A stretch of 63,988 nt of DNA, counting the filler, from Octopus bimaculoides (taxonomy: Eukaryota), in NCBI RefSeq assembly GCF_001194135.2. It is 6 parts of 6 records of this genome, joined end to end, with 100 filler letters (N's around TTAATTAATTAA, not from the genome) between each part and the next. Parts side by side here need not be neighbours in the genome. Positions count along the whole stretch, not along the records: positions 27,274 to 39,938 come from NC_068996.1; positions 40,039 to 55,729 come from NC_068989.1; 4 more parts are not named here. One strand, written 5' to 3'. Under the pieces are notes generated by a model. That model was not told the DNA's origin, made no database searches, and saw only the letters and a list, made by a program, of their open reading frames with translations. Of the stretch, positions 35,716 to 48,390 are shown in pieces. The position numbers were made by a program, and so were the translations under genes. The stretch's first letter is position 1, and every line of letters starts with the position of its first letter.

Positions 35716-36352
35716 NNNNNNNNNNNNNNNNNNNNNNNNNNNNNNNNNNNNNNNNNNNNNNNNNNNNNNNNNNNNNNNNNNNNNNNNNNNNNNNNNNNNN
35801 NNNNNNNNNNNNNNNNNNNNNNNNNNNNNNNNNNNNNNNNNNNNNNNNNNNNNNNNNNNNNNNNNNNNNNNNNNNNNNNNNNNNNNNNNNNNNNNNNNNN
35901 NNNNNNNNNNNNNNNNNNNNNNNNNNNNNNNNNNNNNNNNNNNNNNNNNNNNNNNNNNNNNNNNNNNNNNNNNNNNNNNNNNNNNNNNNNNNNNNNNNNN
36001 NNNNNNNNNNNNNNNNNNNNNNNNNNNNNNNNNNNNNNNNNNNNNNNNNNNNNNNNNNNNNNNNNNNNNNNNNNNNNNNNNNNNNNNNNNNNNNNNNNNN
36101 NNNNACATACATACATTCATACATGCATACATACATACATACATACGTACATACATACACACATACATACATACATACATACGTACATACATACGTACAT
36201 ACATACATTCATACATGCATACATACATACACATACATACATACATACATACATACATACATACGCACTCACATACATACATACATACATATAAATACAT
36301 ACATACATACATACATACATACATACATACATACATACATACATACATACAA
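35270..36352. repeat. (TACA)n tracts
   Basis: Directly visible, interrupted by a gap. Confidence 0.9.
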
Positions 36353-36799
36353 ATAAGGGCATATTAGTGCAAGTTGAAATTTTATCTCATGGAGAACTGA
36401 ATATAAATTGTCGTTATTTTTAGATAATTTATTTTCTTGTGGTATATAAAAAATATATAAGAATTATAAATTCCCCGAAATATATGCAAACATATATATA
36501 TATGTGTGCATTCTCACATTTATACATGTGAGCATACATGCATGAATGAATGAATGCATGCATCCATCAATCTGTCTATCCATCCATGCATACATACATA
36601 CCTATATGCATGCATGCATTACGTACGTATGTACGTGCATACGTAAATGGTCAGGGAATTTCATCCTGACATTGAATATTTGGCTGCAGCTTGGCGCATA
36701 GATTTTGATTTTAAGGAGCCGTTTTAATGAGAACCACCAGCCGCGGAAATTGTGAAATATATGAAAGAGAAAACTGCGATGGTACAGAAAAAAGAAGAA

Positions 36800-36880
36800 T
36801 GAGAAAGGGAGAGAGAGAGAGAGAGAGAGAGGGGAGAGAGAGGGGAGTGAGAGAGAGAGGGGTGGAGAGAGAGACAGACC

Positions 36881-36926
<46 letters not shown>

Positions 36927-36937
36927 TGGAAAAGGGA

Positions 36938-36976
<39 letters not shown>

Positions 36977-37022
36977 GAAGAAAGAAAGAAAGAAAGAAAG
37001 AAAGAGAAAAAGAAAAAGAAAA

Positions 37023-37056
<34 letters not shown>

Positions 37057-37241
37057 AAAAGACGGAAAGAAAGAAAAAGACGGAAAGAAAGAAAGAAAGA
37101 AAGAAAAAGACGGAAAGAAAGAAAGAAAGAAAGAAAGAGAAAAAGAGAGCAAAGTTAAGAGCAAGCGAAAATAGAAACTAAAAAATAAAAGTCAATGACT
37201 GACAGACAGACGGACGGACGGACGGACAGGTGGATAGATAA

Positions 37242-37305
<64 letters not shown>

Positions 37306-37340
37306 GTAGGTAGGTAGGTAGGTAGGTAGGTAGGTAGGTA
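36800..37340. repeat. Compound microsatellite (GA)n/(GACA)n/(GAAA)n/(GATA)n/(GGTA)n
   Basis: Directly visible. Confidence 0.95.
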
Positions 37341-37512
37341 CGTACGAAGGTCGGTTTGTGGCTGGGTAGGTAGATAAGGAAAAAAGAAAAACTTAATGGA
37401 AGACACTGTGTATATATCACGACTTGTTTCTGTGTATGCGTGCGTGACCAGAGAGAGAAAGAGGAAGAGAGAGAAAATGACATAGAAAGAAGGTGGGGGG
37501 GGGACACAGATA

Positions 37513-37547
<35 letters not shown>

Positions 37548-37876
37548 GAATGAGTGATAGAAAGAGAAAAACTTGCATATGTGCGTCTATGGAGAAAGAG
37601 TAAATGAGAGAGAGAGAGAAAGGGGTGTAAAATTGATAGTATGCGCGCATGTGAAATAGTGTTTGCGTATGCGTGTGCGTTCACGAGCAGCGTGCGTGTG
37701 CGGACGTGTGAGTCTGTATGCGTGTATGCGTGTGTGTTTGTCTGTGTGTGCGTCTGTCTACGATTCTTTGCGTATGTTGCGTGTGTGTAAAAGTTTACTG
37801 CTGCTGCATCTTGTAGCAATAAAGTTAGCGAAGGCAAACGATGTAAGAAGTAAAGCTTGTAAGTTAAACTTGAACA

Positions 37877-37890
37877 GTCGTCATAGCAAC
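37877..37890. promoter_or_regulatory. Possible RFX X-box
   Basis: GTCGTCATAGCAAC, close to the GTTGCCATRGCAAC consensus, in CpG-retaining unique sequence. Confidence 0.25.
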
Positions 37891-37956
37891 GAAGCCAGCA
37901 CTCACACGTTGTACTCGAAAGACATAACGTTCTCCTTTCCTCCCACTACTACTTAC

Positions 37957-38076
37957 TTTCTTGTTTATCGCCGTCTTCTTCTTTTCCTCCTTCTTTCTAT
38001 AGACACGCTGGCACACACGCACGTACATAGAAGTTAAGTTAGTGGTCGTTTCATCTGCTAGAAATAACAGCCAAAT
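37957..38076 (-). CDS. Candidate exon, 120 nt, unknown product (may be non-coding)
   Basis: Acceptor ttttctctctttttgatttggcag, donor AAA|GTAAGT; open only in phase 0: IWLLFLADETTTNLTSMYVRVCQRVYRKKEEKKKTAINKK. Confidence 0.2.
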
Positions 38077-38449
38077 CTGCCAAATCAAAAAGAGAGAAAA
38101 TAAGATCACTCCTTACTGCTTTTAAACAAGATATAATGAAATAAAATAAAAACAAGATAAAGAGACGTTGAATGGTGTGTTTCCGGGTTCCCTGTACGAA
38201 GTAAGAAGAGTGGTGGTCGTGGAAGGAATGTCTATGATCGCAGTTCTGTTGAATGAAGAATTTATGCTAAGCAGAAGAAACAGTAATATAGATAAGCTAT
38301 GTCTGCGTGTCTGTGTGTATGTATGTGTATGTGTTTGTGTGTGTGTGAGTGTGTGTGAGAGTGTGTGTGGGGGGGGCAGCACACTGAGTGTGTGTCTATA
38401 GAGATGTATAAATATGTATATCTATATGTACGTGTGTGTGCGTGCGTAT

Positions 38450-38655
38450 GCGTGTGTCATTCTCTTTGCTTGTTCCCCACCACCGCTTGACAGCCGGTGT
38501 TGGTGTGCTTACGTCCCCTGAAGTTAGCGGTTCACCAATAGAATATCCGACTCCAAAAAAAATTTAGTACTGTAGTCGAGTCGTTCAACTAAAAAAACTT
38601 TTCAAGGCGGTGCTCCAGGATGGCCGCAGTCTAATTACTAAAGACAAGTAAACAA
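38450..38655 (+). mobile_element. SINE family 1, 3' half
   Basis: caccgcttgacagccggtgttggtgtgcttacgtcccc...aaggcggtgctccaggatggccgcagtc. Confidence 0.85.
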
Positions 38656-38699
38656 AAAAAATCAAAGGTAAAAATATATATATTCTGAACATTACGGAC

Positions 38700-38950
38700 A
38701 GTGGAAGCGCGTAACTTAGTAGTTAGGGGTGTCAGCATCATGATGGTAAGATTGTGGTTTCGATTCCTGGACCGGGCGGCGCGTTGTGTTCTTGGGCAAA
38801 ACACTTCATTTCACGTTGCTCCAGTCCACTCAGCTGGCAAAAATGAGTAACGCTCCGATGGACTGGCGTCTCGTCCAGCTAGGGAACATATATGCCATTG
38901 AAACCGGGAAACAGGGCCCATGAACCTGGCTAGGCTTTAAAAGGGCGCAA
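38700..38950 (+). mobile_element. tRNA-derived SINE (family 3 relative)
   Basis: tRNA-like head, gttgtgttcttgggcaaaacact, gatggactggcgtctcgtccag, ends ggctttaaaagggcgc. Confidence 0.8.
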
Positions 38951-38999
38951 AACAGAAAGAACATTATGGACAAAAAACAGACAGGTTACTGATCACAGA

Positions 39000-39250
39000 T
39001 TGAAGTCATCAATGGTACTTTGCAACCCTTTCCAGAAGTCTATATGCGTGACAATACACACACAATACGCCTCCAAAATGTACAAATCTGCACGCGCACT
39101 GACTCCAAAGACTGCACACACGTATAAATAAATATACACTAATACTCCGTTGATGTTGTTGAAATTCCGATGAAGGAGACTTGGATCTAGGTTAGAAACC
39201 GGTTCTTTCTCTATTGGCAAGAAATCTTGAAATAAAGCTAAATAACATAT
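39000..39250 (+). mobile_element. 3' end of the RLE-type LINE family seen at 34830
   Basis: ttccagaagt...tacaaatctgcac...gttgttgaaattccgatgaagg...ggttagaaaccggttctttctctattggcaagaaatcttgaaataaa closely matches 35365-35445. Confidence 0.8.
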
Positions 39251-39938
39251 TTATCCATAGACACACACACACACATAAATGTATGTATGTATGTAGGTGT
39301 GTATGTATGTGTGTATGTATATTTTTATGTATAAGTATGTAGATGTATAAGTGTGCGTGTGTTTGTGTGTATGTATGTGCGTGTATGTGTGTGTATGTGT
39401 GTGAGTCTGCGATTAATGTGTATGTGTAGATATACATACATACTGGAGACGTTACGTGCCTGCTTAATTCTGTGTACACGGTGTTTGAGAGTGAATGTTA
39501 TATATGAGTGTTTGTGTGTATGTGAGTATGAGAATGCGTGTATGTGAGGAAGAGAGGGAGGAAGAAAGAAAGAACGAAAGAAAGAAAGAGAGAAAGAAAA
39601 AAGTAAGACTGAGACAGAGAGAAGAACGCGTTATAAGGTGCAGTGCTTGCTTATATATACGTTACCTTTCTCTTTCTCTCTGTTACTCTTACTCTTTCTC
39701 TCTCTCTCTTTTCCTTTCTCTCCCTCGCTTACGCGCTCGCCCGCGTGCGTACCTGCGTGTACATGCCTGTGTGCGTTCGTGCATTCGTACGTGCGTACGT
39801 GCGTGCGTGCGTGCCTGTGTATGTCTGACGGGTAACTTCACGTACCAACTCATATATGTAAATATACATACCTACATACATACATACATACACGCACACA
39901 CATACACACACACACATACATACATACATACATATATA

Positions 39939-40038
39939 NNNNNNNNNNNNNNNNNNNNNNNNNNNNNNNNNNNNNNNNNNNNTTAATTAATTAANNNNNN
40001 NNNNNNNNNNNNNNNNNNNNNNNNNNNNNNNNNNNNNN
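39939..40038. other. Artificial scaffold-joining spacer
   Basis: N44-TTAATTAATTAA(39983-39994)-N44. Confidence 0.95.
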
Positions 40039-40197
40039 ATATATATACACACATAAATACATACATATATGCACATACACACACATGTTTATATGCTCAT
40101 TTATGTGTATGAATATATATATATATGCATGCTTTTCTCGGTCTCTGTCTCTCCACACACACTCACGCACACCCACCCATACCCACTTATGTACACT

Positions 40198-40254
<57 letters not shown>

Positions 40255-40689
40255 TTATATCTTGTCATTTCATTATTTGTTATGATCATCAACCCTTCGA
40301 CATTCATATCTTGCGGTCGGCCACTCACTAGGCCGGTTATTCGGTTTGCATGGTGTTTAAGTGACCAACCTCACAATATTTCCCATAAACGGAAATGGGG
40401 CAAAATGAAATGAAATGTTTTGGAACACGCTACAACAACTTGTCTTCATATCGAAACCGTAATCTTGTGTTCTGGAGTGAAACAGCACAACCTCTATTTC
40501 ACTCGCCTTCGCTGAAAGATGTGCAACGACAACCCTGTATGTGGCATCAAAGATACAAAACGTATCGCCCTTGAAGTATAATATGTGCCGTATATATGGT
40601 TCTTCCTCTTTCTGTGATACATTTGCAAATGTATAATTTCCCTTAAAAACCAGCGAGAAAACATTAAACGTTCATTTAAGTATTTGAGG

Positions 40690-40855
40690 CGGAGGAATGG
40701 CTCAGTGATAAGAGGCTTTCTTTCCGACCGTATGGTTTCGGGTTTAGTACCACAGCGTGGCACATTGGGGAACTATCTTCTGTTATAGTAGTGGGCCAAT
40801 CAAAGTCCCCTGAATGGATTTGCTAGATGGAATCTGAAGGAAGCCAATCGTGTGC
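40690..40855 (+). mobile_element. SINE family 1, head
   Basis: ggcggaggaatggctcagtg...ggtttcgggtttagtaccacagcgtggcacattggg...gatttgctagatggaatctgaag. Confidence 0.75.
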
Positions 40856-41153
40856 GTACGTTTATGTTTGCAACTGGATGTGGATTGTTGGCGATGTTTT
40901 TCACTCCTTCATCCTTTTCTTTTGGACTTTACTATATCTCCTGTTTCAGAAGACGAGCTGTGCGCGAAACATAAAACAACCACTCTTTCCCTATTCTGAG
41001 CGCCGCACTTTTCATGTGCCACGTCTACGCGTTTTTTGTTTCGTTCTTGTCTTTTCTGTCCGTTCTTTGTTATTATCTATACACACATACACATAGACAT
41101 ACATACATACATACATACCTACATATATATATATATATATATANNNNNNNNNN

Positions 41154-41190
<37 letters not shown>

Positions 41191-41234
41191 CATACATATA
41201 TGTACTCATGTATACATGTGTGCGCGCGCGTGGA

Positions 41235-41430
41235 TCCTGTGTTTGTCTCTCCCTCACTGCTTGACAACAAGTGTTGGTGTGCTCACGACTCCGTTACGAA
41301 GCTGTTCGACAAAAAGGATCGATAGAATAAGTACTAAGTTTTAAAAACTAAGTATTGGGTAGAATTCATTCCACTAGAAATTCTTTAAGCCGCTGTCCCA
41401 CAATGACCGCAATCTGCTGCATGAAAAAGG
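41235..41430 (+). mobile_element. SINE family 1, 3' half
   Basis: cttgacaacaagtgttggtgt...gatcgatagaataagtact. Confidence 0.75.
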
Positions 41431-42113
41431 TAAAAAATAGACGAGAAAGGCTAAAATGATTATCAATCTGCGCTTTTTTTACAGTCTCATCACTTGGTAG
41501 ACAAATGTCTACCAAGTTAAACAATATGAATATGAAAAAGAAAATCGAACATCAGATTTTCTTTATGAAAGTGCCCAAATATTTTCCATTATATAGATTT
41601 CTTGTAATTTCAATAAGTCTTAAGCTAAAGAATACAAACAATTAGTGAAATAATCTTTCTCACCCAGAACAATATATATTTTTATATTTACTGATGAAAC
41701 AATTCCACTCTCTCAATAACTTCCTTTTATGAATTACATCCGTTTAGATATAATTATTATATAAACCCATTTTTTTATAAACCAATTTCCTTAACCACTT
41801 AGTATGACAAAACTAACTTAATACCTTTAGTGTCTCTGAAACATAATTTCTTTTAGTTCCATAGATTATTTTTGTACTAAGTATAATTATTTCTAAAACA
41901 ATCTGTGAATCATTCTAAATTGCAAATACATCACGGAAAAGCAAATTAGCTGAAATATTCATCCGGAGATGAAATTTGTTGTGGACGTACTGTGTTTGAA
42001 TACAAAAATACATAAGTAGCAGACGAAAATCGTCCAGTGATGACAATAAAATGTTAGTTGTGCATTTCTAACTCGTCGAAGTAGAATGTATTTACTATTG
42101 CTTGCTTGCTAAG

Positions 42114-42186
42114 TCAAAATCCGTCGCTACTTATATAGTAAAGCAAGGATGAAACCAATTCACGGTTCTTGTGATTTGCTGCACTC
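42114..42186 (-). CDS. Candidate exon (possibly terminal), unknown product
   Basis: ctaat branch-like site plus ttgcttcag acceptor; phase 2 joins the 42490 exon giving ..NAR-SAANHKNRELVSSLLYYISSDGF*. Confidence 0.25.
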
Positions 42187-42489
42187 CTGAAGCAAATTAG
42201 TTATGAAGTATTTTCATTAAATATTAAAGTTTATTTTAATATCATATGATATCTGTTGCATATAACGGGTTATCATATCTATTTTACTCGATACACATAG
42301 ACGATATTGCTATCATTAAACTTATCCACCGTGTGCTATGATACATAAAAATCTACTCATGGAACATTGGAACTGATCCTCTTAGATAACCATTTTTTGA
42401 TGACGCACCGATCGCCAGAAGTATTTCCTTAGAACTTCTTGAAGATTTTGGCGCTGTTTTTTGAGAATTGGTTCCTGTAATCTCGTTAC

Positions 42490-42553
42490 CTGGCGTTCAT
42501 ATCACGCATTTCTCGCATTGTATCTACGTACTCGTGATCCTGTTTGTAAATAC
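42490..42553 (-). CDS. Candidate internal exon, 64 nt, unknown product
   Basis: atatttag acceptor, CAG|GTAACG donor; single open phase (1 to 2): GIYKQDHEYVDTMREMRDMNAR. Confidence 0.35.
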
Positions 42554-42999
42554 CTAAATATGTATGTGTGTCAGAGTAAGAGAGTTTGTGAGAGAGATAA
42601 GGAGAGAGAGAGAAATAGAGGGTGGCTAAGCGTGTGAAATTCCGTATGTATGGGAGTGTATTAAATGCAGAAAGACGAGTATTTACATGTATGAACGAAT
42701 GTATGTACGTACGTATGCATGTATGCGTGCCTATATATATATATATATGGATCAAAACAGTTTGATTCAAAGTCGATGATACTCTGAGTTTCAAACGCGA
42801 TACAAGTCTTCACCCATTTTGAATGGATACAATAATCCGTTATATGCAATAGAAGCCATTCAAATTTTGAAGGGCTGAAGACTAGCATCGTGCTTGAAAA
42901 TTGGAGTACCAACGAATTTGAATCAAACTGTTTTGATACATACATATAACTCCCAATAAATTTGTTGAATGCTCTGCTTTCTTTTGTCCATTCATTCAT

Positions 43000-43162
43000 A
43001 GGTGCGGAAGTGGCTATGTTGTGAGTAGATTGCTTACCAACCACATGGTTCTGGGTTCAATCCCACTGCGTTGCACCTTGGGCAAGTGTCTTCTACTATA
43101 GCCTCAGGCCGATCAAATCCTTGTGAGTGAATTTGGTAGACGGAAACTGAAAGAGGACCGTC

Positions 43163-43201
<39 letters not shown>

Positions 43202-43560
43202 TATGTGTGTGTTTGTTCCCCCCAACATCCAATGAAAGCTGGTGTATTTACGTCCCCGTAACTTAGCGGTTATATATATANNNNNNNNNNNNNNNNNNNN
43301 NNNNNNNNNNNNNNNNNNNNNNNNNNNNNNNNNNNNNNNNATATATACTCTCAGGTATGTGTGTGTCAATTACGTGTGTATCGGTGTTGATTTTTTTAAC
43401 GTCTCCATAAGCAAGTGGTTCGAGCAAAAAGATTGATGCAATAAGCTCCACATTCTAAAAGCAAAAGAACTGGGGGCGATTTGATCGAGTAAAACATTTA
43501 TTGCGTTGCCACATGATGGACGCTGTCCAATGAGTGAACACGTAGGAGATAAAAATGAAA
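43000..43560 (+). mobile_element. SINE family 1, full length with inserted (TA)n/gap
   Basis: aggtgcggaagtggctatgttgtgagtag...gggttcaatcccactgcgttgcaccttgggcaagtgtc...tttacgtccccgtaacttagcgg. Confidence 0.88.
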
Positions 43561-44084
43561 GAATAAAATCTACTAGAATTTCAAGTTAATCTTTAAGACA
43601 CTATAAATTGCTTTAATATTAGTTTCGTACGTAATTAAGAAAATATTACTATAATTAACAAAGGATCTTCATTACATAAAACATGCAATTAACTAGTGAA
43701 TATTATATAATAACTGCCTGAAATAAACCATTACTTCTCATTTAAATTATTATCCGAACCTTGTTAACTAATTAAGAGCTTCTAATTTGAATCGTGTTTT
43801 ATAAACTAAATATTGTGTTTATTCTTCAAATATGCAGTCATCTTAAAATTGTAATAATCCATGGAAGTCAGCGTATATGAACAAATTGTATTTTCCCGCT
43901 CAAGTTGCGTATAACATATCTACAAGATATGTTTCATTCTGCGAAAATTTACTCGACGTAATTTACTTAAGAAGTGATCATGATCAGGTTATGACAAGTA
44001 TAATATTATTCTTAATTTTTTATCATTAGTGTAAATTCAGAATTTATGAGAATTTTTTTTACTCTTTTATTCTTTAAAATTGTT

Positions 44085-44245
44085 TCAGTCGTTTGACAGC
44101 GGCCATCCTGGAGCACCGCCTTTTGTCGAAAAAAATCGACCCCAGGACTTATTCATTGTAAACCTAGTACTAATTCTATCCGGTCCTTAGGCCGAACCGC
44201 TAAGTTACGGCGGCGTACACACATCAACATCGGTTGTCAAATGAT
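44085..44245 (-). mobile_element. SINE family 1, 3' half
   Basis: tttcagtcgtttgacagcggccatcctggagcaccgcc...tcgaccccaggactt...ccgaaccgctaagttacgg. Confidence 0.88.
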
Positions 44246-44311
44246 CGTAGTAGCACTAACCCTCACACACACAAATTCATACATGGATACATACATGGAT
44301 ACACAGACACA

Positions 44312-44384
<73 letters not shown>

Positions 44385-44679
44385 ATGAAGATTCAGTCAC
44401 ATATAGAAAAATTTAATAAGTAGATACACTAAAAAGATCTATAATAAAAATACAAAGTAATGAATATTAAAATAATAAAACGACTACACGTAAAAACACA
44501 GAAGGTAAAAATATATATGCGAATAAAAATACAGATATATAGAACCGCCTATCAAAAGGGTAAACACAATCGACAAAAATTCTTAAGCGTTCCGTTACTT
44601 AATAAATAAAAAAATGTGTTGTAAATACATATTTGCATACACATACAAGGCGGAGAACTGAAGCAATGGTTAATATGCC

Positions 44680-44800
44680 GGTCAAAATGGTTGGCAAAAT
44701 TTCGTCCGTGTTTACATTCTGAATTCGAATTCCACCGAATCGGCTTTGCTTTTTATACTATCCGGGTCGATGAGACAAGTGCCACTTATAAGATCGACGT
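44680..44800 (+). mobile_element. SINE family 4 fragment
   Basis: atttcgtccgtgtttacattctgaattcgaattccaccga..cggctttgc. Confidence 0.6.
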
Positions 44801-44856
44801 ATCCCCTCCTCTGAACGTGGTGGCTTTATACCAAAGTTTGAAACTAACGCAAAGAC

Positions 44857-44917
<61 letters not shown>

Positions 44918-44974
44918 GCTACCTAGCCAGCTATCGATCTATCGATTTCTCTGTCTTCCTGTCTGTCTGGCTGT

Positions 44975-45095
44975 TCATCTACGTGGGTGTCTTTTCAGAA
45001 CATTGTTTGATTTAAAAAGCCACATCAGATGCCATGATGGTGCTAAGGTACAGGAGGTGGTCAAGCACTGCATAAGGAGGAGACAACCACCATAT
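44975..45095 (+). mobile_element. Zinc-finger-tailed LINE 3' end, third copy
   Basis: gggtgtcttttcagaacattgtttgatttaaaaagccacatcagatgccatga...aggaggtggtcaa...ggagacaaccaccatata. Confidence 0.8.
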
Positions 45096-45099
45096 ACAC

Positions 45100-45130
<31 letters not shown>

Positions 45131-45144
45131 CACANNNNNNNNNN

Positions 45145-45199
<55 letters not shown>

Positions 45200-45786
45200 T
45201 ATTATGTATGTATCTATGGATGAATGGATGGATATAGGTATGCGTGTATATAGTTTTGGTTTTCTATACTGAATGTCTCTATAATATATTTCTACATAAA
45301 GCATAAAACAGACACATATTGATAGGCGTGTGTGTGTGTCTGTGTGTGCGTGTGTGTGCGTGTGTGTGTATGCATGCGTGTGCATCGATATGCGTGTCGG
45401 AGTGAGGCTAGCTGTGACGATATGTGTTTACGTGCGTGCATATCATTTATATGCAGAATGGAATTTAGGGAAAAATGGAAGAATCATTACAAAGCAGTGC
45501 TTCCAGCATCGGAGCAAGCAACCTAATTATAAAACTGTCATGTGAATCTGCACCTCAAATCCATCAATGTTGTTTACATGGATATTGTAGGAAGATGGAG
45601 AGATGGTATGGCGACAGCGCAAAGGAGATGTACTCTACTACAAGTACACACACACACACACTCACACACACACAGACACACACACAACACGCACACACAC
45701 ACACACACTCACTCACACACACCCACACTCACACACACACATATATATCGATAGATATGTAGATAGATACGTAGATATTTAGATAA

Positions 45787-45823
<37 letters not shown>

Positions 45824-45895
45824 TAGATAGATAGATAGATAGAATAGGTAGATAGATAGATAGATAGACAGGTAGTTAGGTAGGTAGATAGGTAG

Positions 45896-45976
<81 letters not shown>

Positions 45977-46340
45977 GAGAGAGAGACATAGAGAGACAGA
46001 GATTGATAGACACATATACATGTATACACAAAACAGAGTTATACACTCACACACAAGCACGTCGAGCACCTAAGACATTTATACAGACGTACAGAACAGA
46101 CAACCCATGCAGGTATGCGCAAACAGCTACTGCATACAAGTAGAATGAGAACAAAATGGCTGTTGCGTAAAGATTTTAACAAAAATAAAGTATTTAGCAT
46201 TTTTGAGATATATTTATATATTTCCGAAACTTGTATTTAATAACGTGTTCTTATACAAATAATTTCAGATATAGGTATAACTACATGTAAACTGCTTGTG
46301 TATATGTAGGAATACGCGTTTGTGTGTAATGGTGTGCGAT

Positions 46341-46405
<65 letters not shown>

Positions 46406-46489
46406 NNNNNNNNNNNNNNNNNNNNNNNNNNNNNNNNNNNNNNNNNNNNNNNNNNNNNNNNNNNNNNNNNNNNNNNNNNNNNNNNNNNN

Positions 46490-46533
<44 letters not shown>

Positions 46534-46558
46534 GATGTGTGCATATGTGTATGTATAC

Positions 46559-46593
<35 letters not shown>

Positions 46594-47343
46594 CACGCAT
46601 AAATATTATATCTATATACGTACACGTATACATACGTGCTTACAAAAAAAAATATATGTATGTATGTGTGTGTGTGTGTGAGTTTGTGTTTGTAGTTATA
46701 TACGTTGCTTGCATACTTTGACATAGAGAGGTACTCACACACAATATATACTATATATGTGTGTTTGCGCACACGCGCGTGTGTTTGCTTGGGAATATTT
46801 CAATAGCCAGCGGATGAGTTAAAATGTTCAGGGCTGCAGGGTTCTCAGTTGTATTCTCTGATTATTCTACGCTTCAACAGATTTGTCCTTAGGCTGGTTA
46901 TTTACCACTTTCATGCCCCGAAACTATAAAGATAAGTAAAATGTCGCATAGCGATTTCTTCTGCTCTATAACTCCTTTCAGAAAGCCTTGAGAGAATGAG
47001 CGTGTGGCTCTATGTATAAATGTATGTATGTTTCTGTGCGTTTGTGTATATATATATATATATATATNNNNNNNNNNNNNNNNNNNNNNNNNNNNNNNNA
47101 TATATATAGAAGAATATTTGTATATATTTGTTATGCGTATAAAATTGGGAGTGTGTATGTGTTTTTGTTTGCAAGAAAAAAAACATTGTTATGAAAGAAT
47201 GAGAGACACACATACAATGTACGGAGAGAGAAAGAGAGAAATAAAAATATGGGAAATCTTATATCTAAGTACATGTATGTGTTCTTACATATATGTGTAT
47301 GTGTTGGCGGTTGTTTGTGTGCGTTTTTACCCCCCATACACGC

Positions 47344-47395
<52 letters not shown>

Positions 47396-48219
47396 CTAAC
47401 AGGTATAGAGACGTTTATACCTGTGTGTGTATATTCTATGCACGACTCTTTGTCATTAAGATCATATCTTTATTGATATTATACATATACTTATATACTT
47501 ACATTGACACACACACACACCCACACACACACACACACACGCACACATACACACACTGGTGTGTGTAAACACAAACACACCTCCATAAATTGTGTGAGCG
47601 TGTGTGTATGTGTGTGTGTATGTGTGTGTGTGTGTGTATGTGTGTGTGTATGTGTGTGTATATGTGTGTGTGTATGTGTGTGTATGTGTGTGTGTGTGTA
47701 TGTGTGTGTGTGTACCTATACATCTATAAGCCCCCGTTTATTCAATCTGCCTGTTGTCGACGACTATTGCCCATGTCAAACATCACGATTATGGGAGGAG
47801 CACTATAAATAATATCAGAAGAATTGTGCCCTTCTGATGGTTTCTGCCCTCATCTGCTGCCATCAGCTTGTATCTTTTTATGTTATTCATATCAACATCC
47901 CTCTAGCTCAGTCAGTGACCCCCACAATATAAACAAGCCACCTGTTCATAGAATACTTATCTGCGGTATCGTGTTTACCCATTATTTGGAAAAGTGGACG
48001 CCAGCAGCGTTCCAATGAACCAAAATCTCTTTTCTTGCCAATGAGTTTGTCTTTGCTGCTGTATGCACAATTCTTAGCTATATTTTTGATGCATTCCGTT
48101 TTTTTAAATTTTTATCGTTCAACAGTTGCATAATATAAAGTCTCAGGCCTGTCTTTGAAAAGCCTCAAGTCTCATAAGAGCGAGTCTTAGCCAGGTTTGC
48201 TTGTAAGTGAGATTACAAC

Positions 48220-48390
48220 AACCTCTCTTCCTGAATGGGACGCCAATCATTTTCTGAGTTAACCTCCGACCTATTGCAAAAAATCATTAACTGAGTAACG
48301 TGAAATGAAGCGTTTTGTTGTAAAAGACATTGCGCCGCCCGTTCAAGGAATCAAAACCAGGGTCCGACGACCATTAGTACTGTATTCTGA
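48220..48390 (-). mobile_element. tRNA-derived SINE (family 3 relative), decayed
   Basis: aacgtgaaatgaagcgttttg...cgccgcccgttcaaggaatcaaaacc is the reverse complement of the 38750-38820 region. Confidence 0.65.
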
